A stretch of 63,486 nucleotides of DNA, counting the filler, from Thermodesulfobacteriota bacterium (GTDB lineage Bacteria > DASVDK01), in assembly GCA_036381125.1 (NCBI GenBank). It is 6 parts of 6 records of this genome, joined end to end, with 100 filler letters (N's around TTAATTAATTAA, not from the genome) between each part and the next. Parts side by side here need not be neighbours in the genome. Positions count along the whole stretch, not along the records: positions 38,946 to 45,244 come from DASVDK010000357.1; positions 45,345 to 63,486 come from DASVDK010000358.1; 4 more parts are not named here. One strand, 5' to 3'. Every line of letters starts with the position of its first letter. Within the stretch, counting starts at the first letter, position 1. Shown here piece after piece: positions 40,035 to 49,485 of the stretch. Under the pieces are notes generated by a model. It saw only the letters and a program-made list of their open reading frames with translations, did not search any database and was not told the origin of the DNA. Both the position numbers and the translations under genes were made by a program.

Positions 40035-42122
40035 ATGAGAGCGAGGCTCGTCCTCCTCGCGGCCGCCTTCCTGCTCGTCGCGGGCGGAACCCTCGCGGCG
40101 ATCCTCCTCGTCGGCTTCAGGGGCTCCGCCCACGAACAGCTCGAGCGCCACGGGGTGCTCCTCGCCTCGATCGTCGCGGCCGAAAGCGGCGACGCGCTGG
40201 CCGGCGAGGACGTCGGCGGCAGGCTCGCCGCGATGGTCGAGCGGCTCGCCGGTCGGGACGGGGTCACCCACGTGGCCGTCCTCGACCGCCAGGGTCGGGT
40301 CGTCGCCCACAGCAGCCCCGGCGAGGTCGGCAAGCTGGCGGGCGACGAGCCGTCACGCCTCGCCCTGCGGGCCACCGCGCCGGAGGCGATCCGCCGCCGG
40401 AGCGCGGGACGCGAGACGCTGGAGGTCGTCGTCCCGATCACGGCCGCGCTGCTGCCGGGGCACGTCGCCCGCGGCGACGCGGCCGCCGGACGGCTCGGCG
40501 TCGTTCGCGTCGGCCTCTCCCTCGAGCCGGTGAACGCGGCCGTGCGCCGGCACCTCGGCGTCGCGCTCGGCGCGCTCGCCTTCCTCCTCGGCGCGAGCCT
40601 CCTCGCGTCGTCCTTCGTCGCTCGTCTCGTCGCCGCCCCGCTCGAGCGGATGACCTGGGCCGCGGTGCGCATGGCCGACGGCGACCTGCGGGAGCGGGTG
40701 ACCGCCGCGGCGGCCGGCGAGGTCGGCGTCCTCGCCGGCGCGTTCGGCCGCATGGCGGCCAGCCTCGCCGGCACCATCCGCGAGATCCAGCGCGCCGCGA
40801 GCCGCATCGCGACGACCGGCGAGGAGATGCTCGCCTCAGCCCGGCGGGTGAAGGGCGGCGCGGCCGATCAGGCCTCCGCCGCCAACCGGACCGCCGCGAT
40901 GATCCAGGAGATGAACGCCACCGTCGCCCAGGTCGCCGACGGCCTCGACGGGCTCTCCGGCTCGGCCGAGACGGCGGCCTCCGCCGTGGCCGAGATGAGC
41001 GCCGCCATCGCCCAGGTCGCCGACGGCACGAACGTCCTCTCCACCTCGGTGGACGACACGGCGTCGGCCCTCCTCGAGATGTCGGCCTCCATCAGACAGC
41101 TCGTCGGGCACGGCGACGGCCTCGTCGCCAGGGCGCGCGAGGTCGCGACCTCCATCACCGGGATGCAGGAGTCGATCGCCGCGGTGGGCGCGCGCGCCAA
41201 GGAGTCGGCCGCCCTCACCGAGCGGGCGAGCCGCGACGCGGCCGAGATCGGCAGGGCGGCCGTCGAGCGGACCATGGCCGGCATGGAGCGGATCCGGGAG
41301 GCGGTCGATCGGACCTCGGTCGCGATCGACAAGCTCAGCGGCCGGGCCGAGCAGATCGGCCGCATCCTGACGGTCATCGAGGAGGTGACCGACCAGACGA
41401 GCCTCCTCGCGCTGAACGCCGCCATCCTCGCCGCGCAGGCGGGCGACAACGGCCGCGGGTTCGCCGTCGTGGCGGACGAGATCCAGAGCCTCGCGGAGCG
41501 GACGGCCAGCTCGACGAAGGAGATCGGCGAGCTGGTCGCCAACGTCCAGGCCGAGTCGCGCGACGCCGTCGCGTCGATCCGCGAGGGGACGGCAAGCGTC
41601 GACGAGGGGATGCGCCTGTCCTCCGGCACGCGCGACGCGCTCGCGCAGATCCTCGAGAGCGCGCGGCGCTCCTCGGAGATGTCGCGCGAGATCGAGCGCT
41701 CGACGCAGGCCCAGATCGAGGCGACCAACCAGGCGGCTCGCCTCGTCGACGACATGAACGTGATGGTCGACCGGATCCGGACGATCATCCACGAGCACGA
41801 GAAGGGCATCGCGCACATCACCGGTGCCGCCGAGCGGATCCGCTCCATCACCCAGCAGGTGAGCGCCTCGACCGAGGAGCAGGCCCGGGGCAGCAAGCAG
41901 ATCAGCGGCACCGTGGAGCAGGTGACCGCCCGCATCCAGGACATCGCGCGCGCGATGCAGGCCCAGAGGCAGGGCAACGAGTCGGTCCTCTCGGCGATCG
42001 CCGAGATCCAGAGCGTCGCCCGCCAGAGCGGCGAGCTGGTCGACGAGATGACTCGCGCCGTCGAGGGGCTGATCGGCCAGGCGGCAGGCCTCGAGGCCGA
42101 GGTCAACCGGTTCCGGATCTAG
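40035..42122 (+). CDS. Methyl-accepting chemotaxis protein with long cytoplasmic domain
   Basis: Two TM helices, periplasmic sensor, [34 protein letters not shown]. Confidence 0.94.
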   Translation: MRARLVLLAAAFLLVAGGTLAAILLVGFRGSAHEQLERHGVLLASIVAAESGDALAGEDVGGRLAAMVERLAGRDGVTHVAVLDRQGRVVAHSSPGEVGKLAGDEPSRLALRATAPEAIRRRSAGRETLEVVVPITAALLPGHVARGDAAAGRLGVVRVGLSLEPVNAAVRRHLGVALGALAFLLGASLLASSFVARLVAAPLERMTWAAVRMADGDLRERVTAAAAGEVGVLAGAFGRMAASLAGTIREIQRAASRIATTGEEMLASARRVKGGAADQASAANRTAAMIQEMNATVAQVADGLDGLSGSAETAASAVAEMSAAIAQVADGTNVLSTSVDDTASALLEMSASIRQLVGHGDGLVARAREVATSITGMQESIAAVGARAKESAALTERASRDAAEIGRAAVERTMAGMERIREAVDRTSVAIDKLSGRAEQIGRILTVIEEVTDQTSLLALNAAILAAQAGDNGRGFAVVADEIQSLAERTASSTKEIGELVANVQAESRDAVASIREGTASVDEGMRLSSGTRDALAQILESARRSSEMSREIERSTQAQIEATNQAARLVDDMNVMVDRIRTIIHEHEKGIAHITGAAERIRSITQQVSASTEEQARGSKQISGTVEQVTARIQDIARAMQAQRQGNESVLSAIAEIQSVARQSGELVDEMTRAVEGLIGQAAGLEAEVNRFRI

Positions 42123-42168
42123 GGGCCGGTCTGCGACCGCCGGTCCCGGGGGTCCACCTGGCCGCGCC

Positions 42169-42220
42169 GGAAAATGGAAAGACCTGACCCCCTGGAAAAT
42201 GGAAAGACCTGACCCCCTGG
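42169..42220. repeat. 25-bp perfect tandem repeat x2
   Basis: GGAAAATGGAAAGACCTGACCCCCT at 42169-42193 and 42194-42218. Confidence 0.9.
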
Positions 42221-42229
42221 AGGTGGGCG

Positions 42230-43186
42230 ATGGGGATCCTTCTCGAAGTCATCGAGTGGTTCGACGCGACCGGCGAGGAGATGGTCCACCGGATCCCGGC
42301 GGAGGGGAGCGCCGACCTCAAGTGGGGCGCGCAGCTCACCGTCCGCGAGAACCAGTGGGCGATCTTCACGAAGTACGGCAAGGCGTACGACGTCTTCGAG
42401 ACCGGACGCCACACGCTCACGACGAAGAACCTCCTCCTCATCACGAAGGCCCTCTCGGCCCCCTGGGGCCTCACGAGCCCCTTCCGGTGCGAGGTGTACT
42501 TCGTCAACAAGAAGACCTTCACGAACCTCCGCTGGGGAACCCGCGAGCCGGTGGTCTTCCGCGACAGCGAGCTCGGCATGGTGCGCCTGCGCGGCCTCGG
42601 CACCTACGCCTGCCGCATCGTCGACCCGCAGCACTTCCTGAACACCGTCGTCGGCTCGCACGGCTTCATGAACAGCGCGCAGATCGGCGATTACCTCCGC
42701 GAGATCATCGTCGCGCGCACGACCGACTACCTCGGCGACACGCTCGAGACGATCTTCGACCTCCCCCGGCGCTACGACGAGATCGCCGTCGGCATCAAGG
42801 ACCGCGTCCAGGCCGACTTCGCGCGGTACGGCCTCGAGCTGACCGACTTCTACGTCACGTCCATCACCCCGCCCGACGACGTGCAGCGGGTGATCGACGA
42901 GCGGAGCGCCATGGGCGCCGCGGGAAACCTGGCCGACTACTCCCGCTTCAAGGCGGCGCGCGCGCTCGGCGACGCGGCACGGAACCCGGGCGGCGGGGCG
43001 ACCTTCGGCATGGGCTTCGGCATGGGCGCGGTCGTGCCGGGGCTCCTCGGCGGCAACGGCCCGGCCGGCGCCGCCCCCGTCCCCGCCGCGCACCCGGCCG
43101 GCGCCTGGGCCTTCTGCCCCCGGTGCGGCACGAAGCGCGAGGACCAGGCGCGCTTCTGCACCGGCTGCGGTCAGGCGCTCCGGTAG
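42230..43186 (+). CDS. SPFH domain protein (YdjI-like) with C-terminal zinc ribbon
   Basis: GAQLTVRENQ, EVYFVN, LRWGT, GMGFGMG, FCPRCG..FCTGCG. Confidence 0.88.
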   Translation: MGILLEVIEWFDATGEEMVHRIPAEGSADLKWGAQLTVRENQWAIFTKYGKAYDVFETGRHTLTTKNLLLITKALSAPWGLTSPFRCEVYFVNKKTFTNLRWGTREPVVFRDSELGMVRLRGLGTYACRIVDPQHFLNTVVGSHGFMNSAQIGDYLREIIVARTTDYLGDTLETIFDLPRRYDEIAVGIKDRVQADFARYGLELTDFYVTSITPPDDVQRVIDERSAMGAAGNLADYSRFKAARALGDAARNPGGGATFGMGFGMGAVVPGLLGGNGPAGAAPVPAAHPAGAWAFCPRCGTKREDQARFCTGCGQALR

Positions 43187-43231
43187 CCGGCGCATGGCGC
43201 GATCGCGGCCGAGAGCCCGGCCCGGCGGCTG

Positions 43232-44983
43232 TTGAGGCCCCCGACCACGGTGTCCGAGCCGTTCCTCGTCGCGATACGCTGCCCGCAGTGCGGCGCGGAG
43301 ACCGACTTCCCCGAGGGCGCGCACGCGCTGCGCTGCGCCTACTGCACCGTGGTCCTCCGCGTGGTGGGCGCCCACCGCGGCGGGCAGGGCCGCTTCGTCA
43401 TGCCGCCCACGCTCGACGCGCGCGCCCTCGGATCGCTCCTGCGGACCCACGCCCGCGGGCAGGGCCGGCGGCTCGCCTCCATCGAGTGGCAGGCCCTCCT
43501 CCTCGTCCCCTACTGGCGGGCGCGCGGCATCGCGCTCAGGTGGGTGTACTACCGGTCGGGCGAGCCGCCGGCCTCCCGTGCGGTCGCCGCGACTGCGTGG
43601 CGCGGCCCGACCGGCGAGCCGGCCGGAACGGCCGCCGGGCGCGCCGCGCCCGAAATCCGCCCGACGGTCCGGCGCCGCGGCCGCGGCCTCCTCGCGCGGC
43701 TCGGCAGCCTCCTCCTCACCGGCTCGAGCCTCCTCACCGGCTCGAGCCTCCTCGACGACCTCGGTGCGATCCTGCCGGACGGTCCGGTCGACCACGCCCC
43801 GCTCCCCGCCTCCGGCGCCGGGCGGTCCCGCGCGCGGGTGGACGACCGCGTCCTCCAGGCACGCCACTTCGACGTCTCGTTCTCCGGCTTCACGAGCGGC
43901 GACGTCGGCCTCCCCTCGCTCGGCGTTCGGCCGGGGGTGCGGCCCCTGCGCGTGCTCGCGCCCGACGCCCTGCCGCCCCGCGCGCGCATGCTGCCCCTCG
44001 AGGTCGACGACGACGGCGCGATGGCCCTCGCGACCGGTCGCGTGTCGACGCAGTTCGAGGACCCGCCGGGTCACGTGGTGACCGAGCGCAAGGCGGTCGT
44101 CGTCGGGAGCCTCGCCGCGATCTACTTCCCGATCTGGCTCGCCACGGTCCGTCTCGACGGCGCGGAGCGCTGCCTCCTGGTGGACGCCGTGGCCCGATCG
44201 GTCCTGCGCGAGGTCGACCCGGCCGAGCCGTGGATCGCGGAGCTGCCCGCGCGCCGGCCGCCGGCCCTCTCGGCCGCGAGCGTCGGCTTCCTGCCGCTCA
44301 AGTGCCCCGAGTGCGCGCACGACCTGCCGCTCGAGGCGAGCGCCGTGGCGCACTTCTGCGTCCGCTGCGGCCGCGCCTTCGCCGAGTCGGGCGGCCGGCT
44401 GGTGCCGATCCCCTACGAGGCCGTGACCGCGCGCGGCGCCGCCGTCTACCTGCCGGCGTGGCGCTTCGAGGCGACGCTCGCGGTCGACGGCCGCCGACTC
44501 GCCGGCGCGTCCGAGCTGCCGCGGCTCCTCAAGCCGGTCGGCTGGCCGCTGCCGCCGCGGCGCGCCGACGCGCCGGAGCGCCCCGTCTCGGTCTACGTCC
44601 CGGCCTTCCACTGCCGCGACCTCTCCCTCGTCGACCGCCTCGGCGCCGCCCTCACGCGCCTGCAGCCGGCCGTCGCCGATCGCTCGGGCGCCGATCCGAT
44701 CCCGCTCGCGCCGCCCCCGCGCGTCGTCGGCCCCGCGGTCGCGGCGGCGGACGCCGAGTCGCTCGCCCGCCTCCTCCTCGTCGGCCTCCTGCCGGGCGGC
44801 GGCCCGGCCGCGCGTGCGCGGATCGAGTCGCTCGAGGCGGCGCTCGGTCCGGCCCGTCTCGTCTGGCTCCCGGTGCAGGATCGAGGCAGCTACCTGCAGG
44901 ACCGCCTGACCGGCGTCAGCATCCGCAAGGCGTCGCTCGGGTGGGCGCCGGACGTGCCGGCCGCCGGCTCGTCACGCGCCTGA
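43232..44983 (+). CDS. Hypothetical protein with two zinc-ribbon motifs
   Basis: CPQCG...CAYC and CPEC...CVRCG; LVPYW, YFPIW, YLPAW repeats; follows the SPFH gene. Confidence 0.7.
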   Translation: MRPPTTVSEPFLVAIRCPQCGAETDFPEGAHALRCAYCTVVLRVVGAHRGGQGRFVMPPTLDARALGSLLRTHARGQGRRLASIEWQALLLVPYWRARGIALRWVYYRSGEPPASRAVAATAWRGPTGEPAGTAAGRAAPEIRPTVRRRGRGLLARLGSLLLTGSSLLTGSSLLDDLGAILPDGPVDHAPLPASGAGRSRARVDDRVLQARHFDVSFSGFTSGDVGLPSLGVRPGVRPLRVLAPDALPPRARMLPLEVDDDGAMALATGRVSTQFEDPPGHVVTERKAVVVGSLAAIYFPIWLATVRLDGAERCLLVDAVARSVLREVDPAEPWIAELPARRPPALSAASVGFLPLKCPECAHDLPLEASAVAHFCVRCGRAFAESGGRLVPIPYEAVTARGAAVYLPAWRFEATLAVDGRRLAGASELPRLLKPVGWPLPPRRADAPERPVSVYVPAFHCRDLSLVDRLGAALTRLQPAVADRSGADPIPLAPPPRVVGPAVAAADAESLARLLLVGLLPGGGPAARARIESLEAALGPARLVWLPVQDRGSYLQDRLTGVSIRKASLGWAPDVPAAGSSRA

Positions 44984-45244
44984 GCCGGCGGCAAGCCTCT
45001 CCGGACGCGCGAACCCGGCGATGCGCGCCATTTCCGGAGGGCGCCTGCCTCCTCGGCAGCCTGGACGTTCGAGAGCCCGCCCGCGCATCCGGCTCCGGAG
45101 GGGACCTGGCGGACGGAACACCGCTTGCACAGCCTGCGAGGTCAGGAGGCGCCGATGGGTCAGCGGAGCGCGGCAGTGCGGGTACTCGAGCAGGCGGCGG
45201 GGGTCGGGCAGCAGCTCGGCGCGGCGGCGTGGTTCGGCGGGCAG

Positions 45245-45344
45245 NNNNNNNNNNNNNNNNNNNNNNNNNNNNNNNNNNNNNNNNNNNNTTAATTAATTAA
45301 NNNNNNNNNNNNNNNNNNNNNNNNNNNNNNNNNNNNNNNNNNNN
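45245..45344. other. Artificial contig spacer
   Basis: N run with TTAATTAATTAA. Confidence 0.99.
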
Positions 45345-45593
45345 ACCAAGATCGGCACCGTCGTCTCGTCGGACCTCCCGCGCCTCGCCCAGCTCGTGCC
45401 GGGCGGCGAGGTCCGCTTCGAGGTGGTCGACCTCGCGGACGCCTACCGCGCCGCGCGCGAGGCGGAGGCGGCGCTCGACGCGGCGCTCGCCCGCGTCGCG
45501 CGCGCCGACGGGCCGCCCCCCTGGGCCGCGTCGCACCGCCTTCTCGCCCGCAACCTGATCTCCGGCGCGGTCGCCGCCGGGGAGGAGCCGTAG
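45345..45593 (+). CDS. PxpC/allophanate hydrolase subunit 2-like carboxyltransferase, C-terminal end (5' truncated)
   Basis: KIGTVVSSDLPRLAQLVPGGEVRF. Confidence 0.8.
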   Translation, partial: TKIGTVVSSDLPRLAQLVPGGEVRFEVVDLADAYRAAREAEAALDAALARVARADGPPPWAASHRLLARNLISGAVAAGEEP

Positions 45594-45597
45594 CGCC

Positions 45598-46446
45598 GTG
45601 CCGTCGCCCGAACCGACCTACCTGCCGACGCGGGGCGGTCCGCTCGACGTCGACCGCGCCTTCTACGATCGGCTGTCGCGCGACATCGCCGGCCGGACGC
45701 CGGTCGAGTCGTTCGTCGTCCCGATCCGCTCGGGCCGCGCCTGGCCGCTGCGCGCCGGGCAGATGTGCCGCATCGTCACCATCGAGGCGGCGCAGGTGGC
45801 CGACCTCAACGCCTGGAACCTCCACAACCCGCGCGAGCGCTTCTGGGCCGCCCGCACCCGCCAGCTCCAGCGGGCGCACGTCTCGACCTACGACCGCCTC
45901 TGGTCCACCCTCCCCTACCTCAGGCCGATGCTGACGATCACGAAGGACTCGCTCGACTGGTACGGCGTCGACGACGACGGCGGCCGCTGCCACGGCCTCC
46001 TCGGCAGCCGCTGCGACCCCTACGTGAACCGGCTCCTCACCGGCGAGTCGTTCGACTACCACTGCCACTCGAACCTCACCCGCGCCGTCCTGCCCTGGCG
46101 GCTCACCGAGCTCGACGTCCACGACGTGCTCAACGTCTTCCAGGTCGAGGGGCTCACGCGCGACGGCGACCAGTACTTCATCAAGCCGAGCCCGGCGAGG
46201 CGGGGGGACGTGTTCGAGTTCTTCGCCGAGATCGACCTGCTCGTGGCGATCTCGACCTGCCCCGGCGGCGACCTCTCCGTGCCGCTCTGGGGGCCCAACG
46301 CGGGCGACCCGCTCGCGGTCTGCCGCCCGCTCGGCGTCGAGATCTACGAGCCCGACCCCACGCTCCTCGCCGGCTGGTCCTCCCCCGCCCCGGCCGACTA
46401 CCGCGGCAACCACGGGATGCCGATGCCCTTGCTCCCCCCATCGTAG
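45598..46446 (+). CDS. Urea carboxylase-associated family protein (DUF1989)
   Basis: QVADLNAWN, LWSTLPYLRPM, RCDPY, HCHSNL, DVHDVLNVF, STCPGGD. Confidence 0.88.
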   Translation: MPSPEPTYLPTRGGPLDVDRAFYDRLSRDIAGRTPVESFVVPIRSGRAWPLRAGQMCRIVTIEAAQVADLNAWNLHNPRERFWAARTRQLQRAHVSTYDRLWSTLPYLRPMLTITKDSLDWYGVDDDGGRCHGLLGSRCDPYVNRLLTGESFDYHCHSNLTRAVLPWRLTELDVHDVLNVFQVEGLTRDGDQYFIKPSPARRGDVFEFFAEIDLLVAISTCPGGDLSVPLWGPNAGDPLAVCRPLGVEIYEPDPTLLAGWSSPAPADYRGNHGMPMPLLPPS

Positions 46447-46506
46447 AGACCGGCTGATCCGATCCACCGGTCACGGCAGCGAGTGGGGCCTTCCGCGGCA
46501 GCATAG

Positions 46507-46534
46507 AATTTAGAATTACATTTTATGTTTGACA
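46507..46534 (+). promoter_or_regulatory. AT-rich operator/promoter with TTGACA upstream of TAXI-grd operon
   Basis: AATTTAGAATTACATTTTATGTTTGACA; 22/28 identical to 54823-54850. Confidence 0.7.
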
Positions 46535-46584
46535 CCCTCATCCCGGCGGTGGCCTAATGGCGCATCAGAGGACGGAGGTGACGG

Positions 46585-47538
46585 ATGAAGACACGTCTCG
46601 TCCTGGTCCTTGCCGCGCTGCTCCTCGCCCCGGCGCTGACGCTCTCCGCAACCCGTATTTCCATCGGGACCGGCTCGAGCGGCGGCGTCTACTTCTTCGT
46701 CGGCAACGCGATGACCTCGTTGCTCAACAAGCACATGGCCGGCCTCAACGCGACACCGGAGCCGGTGACCGGCTCGGCGCATGCGAGCAAGCTCGTCGAC
46801 TCCGGTGACCTCGCACTCGCGCTCGCCGAGGTGGCGACGGCGTACCACGGCTACCGCGGATCCCGGAAGGACTTCCCGAAGCCGCTCGAGAACATTCGCT
46901 TCGTCATGGGCGGCATGGCGAGCGGCCAGGCCCCGGTCGTCTGGGCCGACTCGCCCATCAAGTCCTGGGCGGACATCAAAGGGAAGCGGATCGCCACCAA
47001 CTCGCCGGCGTCCCTGGCGATGGTCACGCCCCTCCTCGAAATGCACGGGATCGAGATGAGCGACGTCGACCACAAGACGCTCAACTACACCGAGCAGGTC
47101 AGCGCGATGAAGGACGGCAACCTCGACGTGGCCTTCATGGCACCCGCGCCTCGCAACGCCAGCGTGATGGATCTCGGCGCCAGACGCGCGATCCGAATCC
47201 TCGGGCTCGCGCCCGACACGGCTAAGGAGTACGCCAGGCGCTATCCGCACTGGTCGCCGATCACCCTGAAGGCCGGGACGTACGACGGGCAGAAGGCGGA
47301 CGTCATCATGCCTGCCTACCACACGGCCGTCATCGCGAACAAGGACGTCGATGCCGACCTGATCTACGGGATCGTCAAGACGGTGATCGAGCACAACAAG
47401 GAGTTCGGCGAGATGCACGAGAGCGGCAAGGAGTTCACCGTCGAGCGCACGCGAGACTTCCTCCGGCAGGAGATGGTGCCGGCGCCGTTCCACCCAGGGG
47501 CCGAGCGCTTCTGGCGCGAGAAGGGAGTCGTCAAATAG
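46585..47538 (+). CDS. TAXI family TRAP solute-binding protein
   Basis: Signal peptide; IGTGSSGGVYF, DIKGKRI, AGTYDGQ, PFHPGAERFWREKG. Confidence 0.93.
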   Translation: MKTRLVLVLAALLLAPALTLSATRISIGTGSSGGVYFFVGNAMTSLLNKHMAGLNATPEPVTGSAHASKLVDSGDLALALAEVATAYHGYRGSRKDFPKPLENIRFVMGGMASGQAPVVWADSPIKSWADIKGKRIATNSPASLAMVTPLLEMHGIEMSDVDHKTLNYTEQVSAMKDGNLDVAFMAPAPRNASVMDLGARRAIRILGLAPDTAKEYARRYPHWSPITLKAGTYDGQKADVIMPAYHTAVIANKDVDADLIYGIVKTVIEHNKEFGEMHESGKEFTVERTRDFLRQEMVPAPFHPGAERFWREKGVVK

Positions 47539-49427
47539 CCGCTTCCGGTGCCGGCGGGACGGCGCCGCGGCCGCGCCTCGTCACGGCCATCGCGGCCGCC
47601 TGGTCCATCTTCCACCTCTGGATCGGCTTCTTCGGGGCGCTCCCCGCCTTCCAGCAGCGCGGGGTGCACCTGGCCTTCGGCCTCGCCCTCGTCTTCCTGT
47701 CGCTGCCGGTCGGCACGAAGAGATCGTGGACGCGCGCGCTCGACCTGACCCTGGCGGCCGCCGGCATCCTCACCGCCGGGTACGTCGCCTGGGACGCCGA
47801 CGGCATTCTCCTCCGCTCGGGCAGCTACGAGTCGTTCGAGCTCTGGTTCGCCGGCGCCCTCGTCCTGCTCGTCCTCGAGGGGACCCGGCGGACCATCGGC
47901 TGGCCCTTGCCCACCTTCGCCGTGCTCGCCATGGCGTACGCCGCACTCGGCCACTACCTGCCCTGGGAGCTGGTCGCGCATCCCGGATACAACGTGCGGC
48001 GGATCCTCTCGACGCTCTACCTCACCTACGACGGCATCTTCGGCCTGATCCTCGGCGTCTCGGCGTCGTTCATCTTCCTCTTCGTCCTGTTCGGGGCGTT
48101 CTTCCGCGAGTCGGGCGGCGGGCAGTTCTTCCTCGACCTCGCGCGGTCGCTCCTCGGCGGGGTGCGGGGAGGGGCGGCCAAGGCCGCCATCGTCGGCTCG
48201 AGCCTCTTCGGGATGATCTCCGGCAGCACCGTCGCGAACGTCGGGACCGTCGGCACGCTGACGATCCCGCTCATGAGGCGGACCGGCTTCTCGCCGGGCT
48301 TCGCCGCCGGCGTCGAGTCGGCCGCGTCGGTGGCGGGCCAGCTGATGCCGCCCGTCATGGGCGCGGCCGCCTTCATCATGGCCGAGGTGCTCAACGTCCC
48401 CTACGTCGAGGTCGCGGCGGCCGCCGCCATCCCCGCCGTTCTCTACTACCTCGCCCTGTTCGCGATGGTGGACCTGCACGCGGCGAAACTCGGCATGCGC
48501 GGGCTGCCGGAGTCCGAGCGGCCGGCGCTCCCCTCCGTAGTCCGGGCCGGGTGGTTCGCCGTGATCCCGGTGGCCGTCCTCGTGTACCTGATGGGGGTGC
48601 TGGACTACTCGCCGCGGCTCGCGTCGGCATGGGCCATCGCCGCGGTGGTGGGCATCGCGGTCCTTCGAGGACAGCCGACGTTCGGGCCGTCCAGGCTCCC
48701 GACGGTCCTGGCCGGCGGGGCGCTGGCGGCGCTCGAGGTCGTCATGGCCTCCGCGTGCGTCGGCATCATCATCGGCATGGTGATGTTGACGGGCATCGGA
48801 CTCAAGCTCTCGAGTCTCCTCGTGGACGTCTCCGCCGGCAGCCTCCCGCTCCTCCTCGTGATGACCATGATCGCGTCCCTGATCCTCGGCACGGCGCTGC
48901 CGACGACGGCCACGTACGTGATCCTCGCCGTCCTGGTTGCGCCGGCGGTCACACAGATGGGCGTGCCGCCGATGGCCGCGCACCTCTTCGTCTTCTACTT
49001 CGGCGTGATTGCCGACATCACGCCGCCGACGGCGCTCTGCGTCTTCGTCGCCTCGAACATCGCCGGAGCCCCGTTCCAGCGGACCTGTTGGCTCGCCTGC
49101 CGACTCGCCCTGGCCGGGTTCCTCCTGCCGTTCTTCTTCGTCTACGGGCCGCACCTGGTCCTCATCGGCGACCTGCCGGGCATCGCCCTCGCCACCGTCA
49201 CGGCGGCGCTCGGCGTCCTGGCGCTCGCCGCAGCCATCGAGGGATACGCGCTGCGTCCCGCCACCATCCCCGAGCGACTCCTCCTCATGTTCGGGACGCT
49301 GCTCCTGATCGCTCCCGGATGGAAGTCCGGGCTCGCGGGCGCGGCATGCCTCGCCGTCGTGCTCGCCAGACAGGTCGTCGCACGGTCGCGTACGGCCTGG
49401 CCGGCCCCCGCGGTCGGCGACTCCTGA
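47535..49427 (+). CDS. TRAP fused 4TM/12TM permease (start uncertain; ATA at 47535 or GTG at 47664)
   Basis: SGSTVANV, GQLMPPVMGAAAF, LPTTATY, ITPPTAL; first TM helix lies upstream of 47664. Confidence 0.9.
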   Translation: MAASGAGGTAPRPRLVTAIAAAWSIFHLWIGFFGALPAFQQRGVHLAFGLALVFLSLPVGTKRSWTRALDLTLAAAGILTAGYVAWDADGILLRSGSYESFELWFAGALVLLVLEGTRRTIGWPLPTFAVLAMAYAALGHYLPWELVAHPGYNVRRILSTLYLTYDGIFGLILGVSASFIFLFVLFGAFFRESGGGQFFLDLARSLLGGVRGGAAKAAIVGSSLFGMISGSTVANVGTVGTLTIPLMRRTGFSPGFAAGVESAASVAGQLMPPVMGAAAFIMAEVLNVPYVEVAAAAAIPAVLYYLALFAMVDLHAAKLGMRGLPESERPALPSVVRAGWFAVIPVAVLVYLMGVLDYSPRLASAWAIAAVVGIAVLRGQPTFGPSRLPTVLAGGALAALEVVMASACVGIIIGMVMLTGIGLKLSSLLVDVSAGSLPLLLVMTMIASLILGTALPTTATYVILAVLVAPAVTQMGVPPMAAHLFVFYFGVIADITPPTALCVFVASNIAGAPFQRTCWLACRLALAGFLLPFFFVYGPHLVLIGDLPGIALATVTAALGVLALAAAIEGYALRPATIPERLLLMFGTLLLIAPGWKSGLAGAACLAVVLARQVVARSRTAWPAPAVGDS

Positions 49428-49485
49428 ACGTTCGACTTCGTCGCGCCGCGGCCTCGCGACCGCGGCGCCTCCAGGGGTACATCGT

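Noticed and set aside
42169-42220. Possible mini-CRISPR array
   Set aside because: Repeats are directly adjacent with no spacer, and no cas genes are present
44984-45244. Unassigned sequence at contig end
   Set aside because: No recognisable coding, RNA or repeat signal
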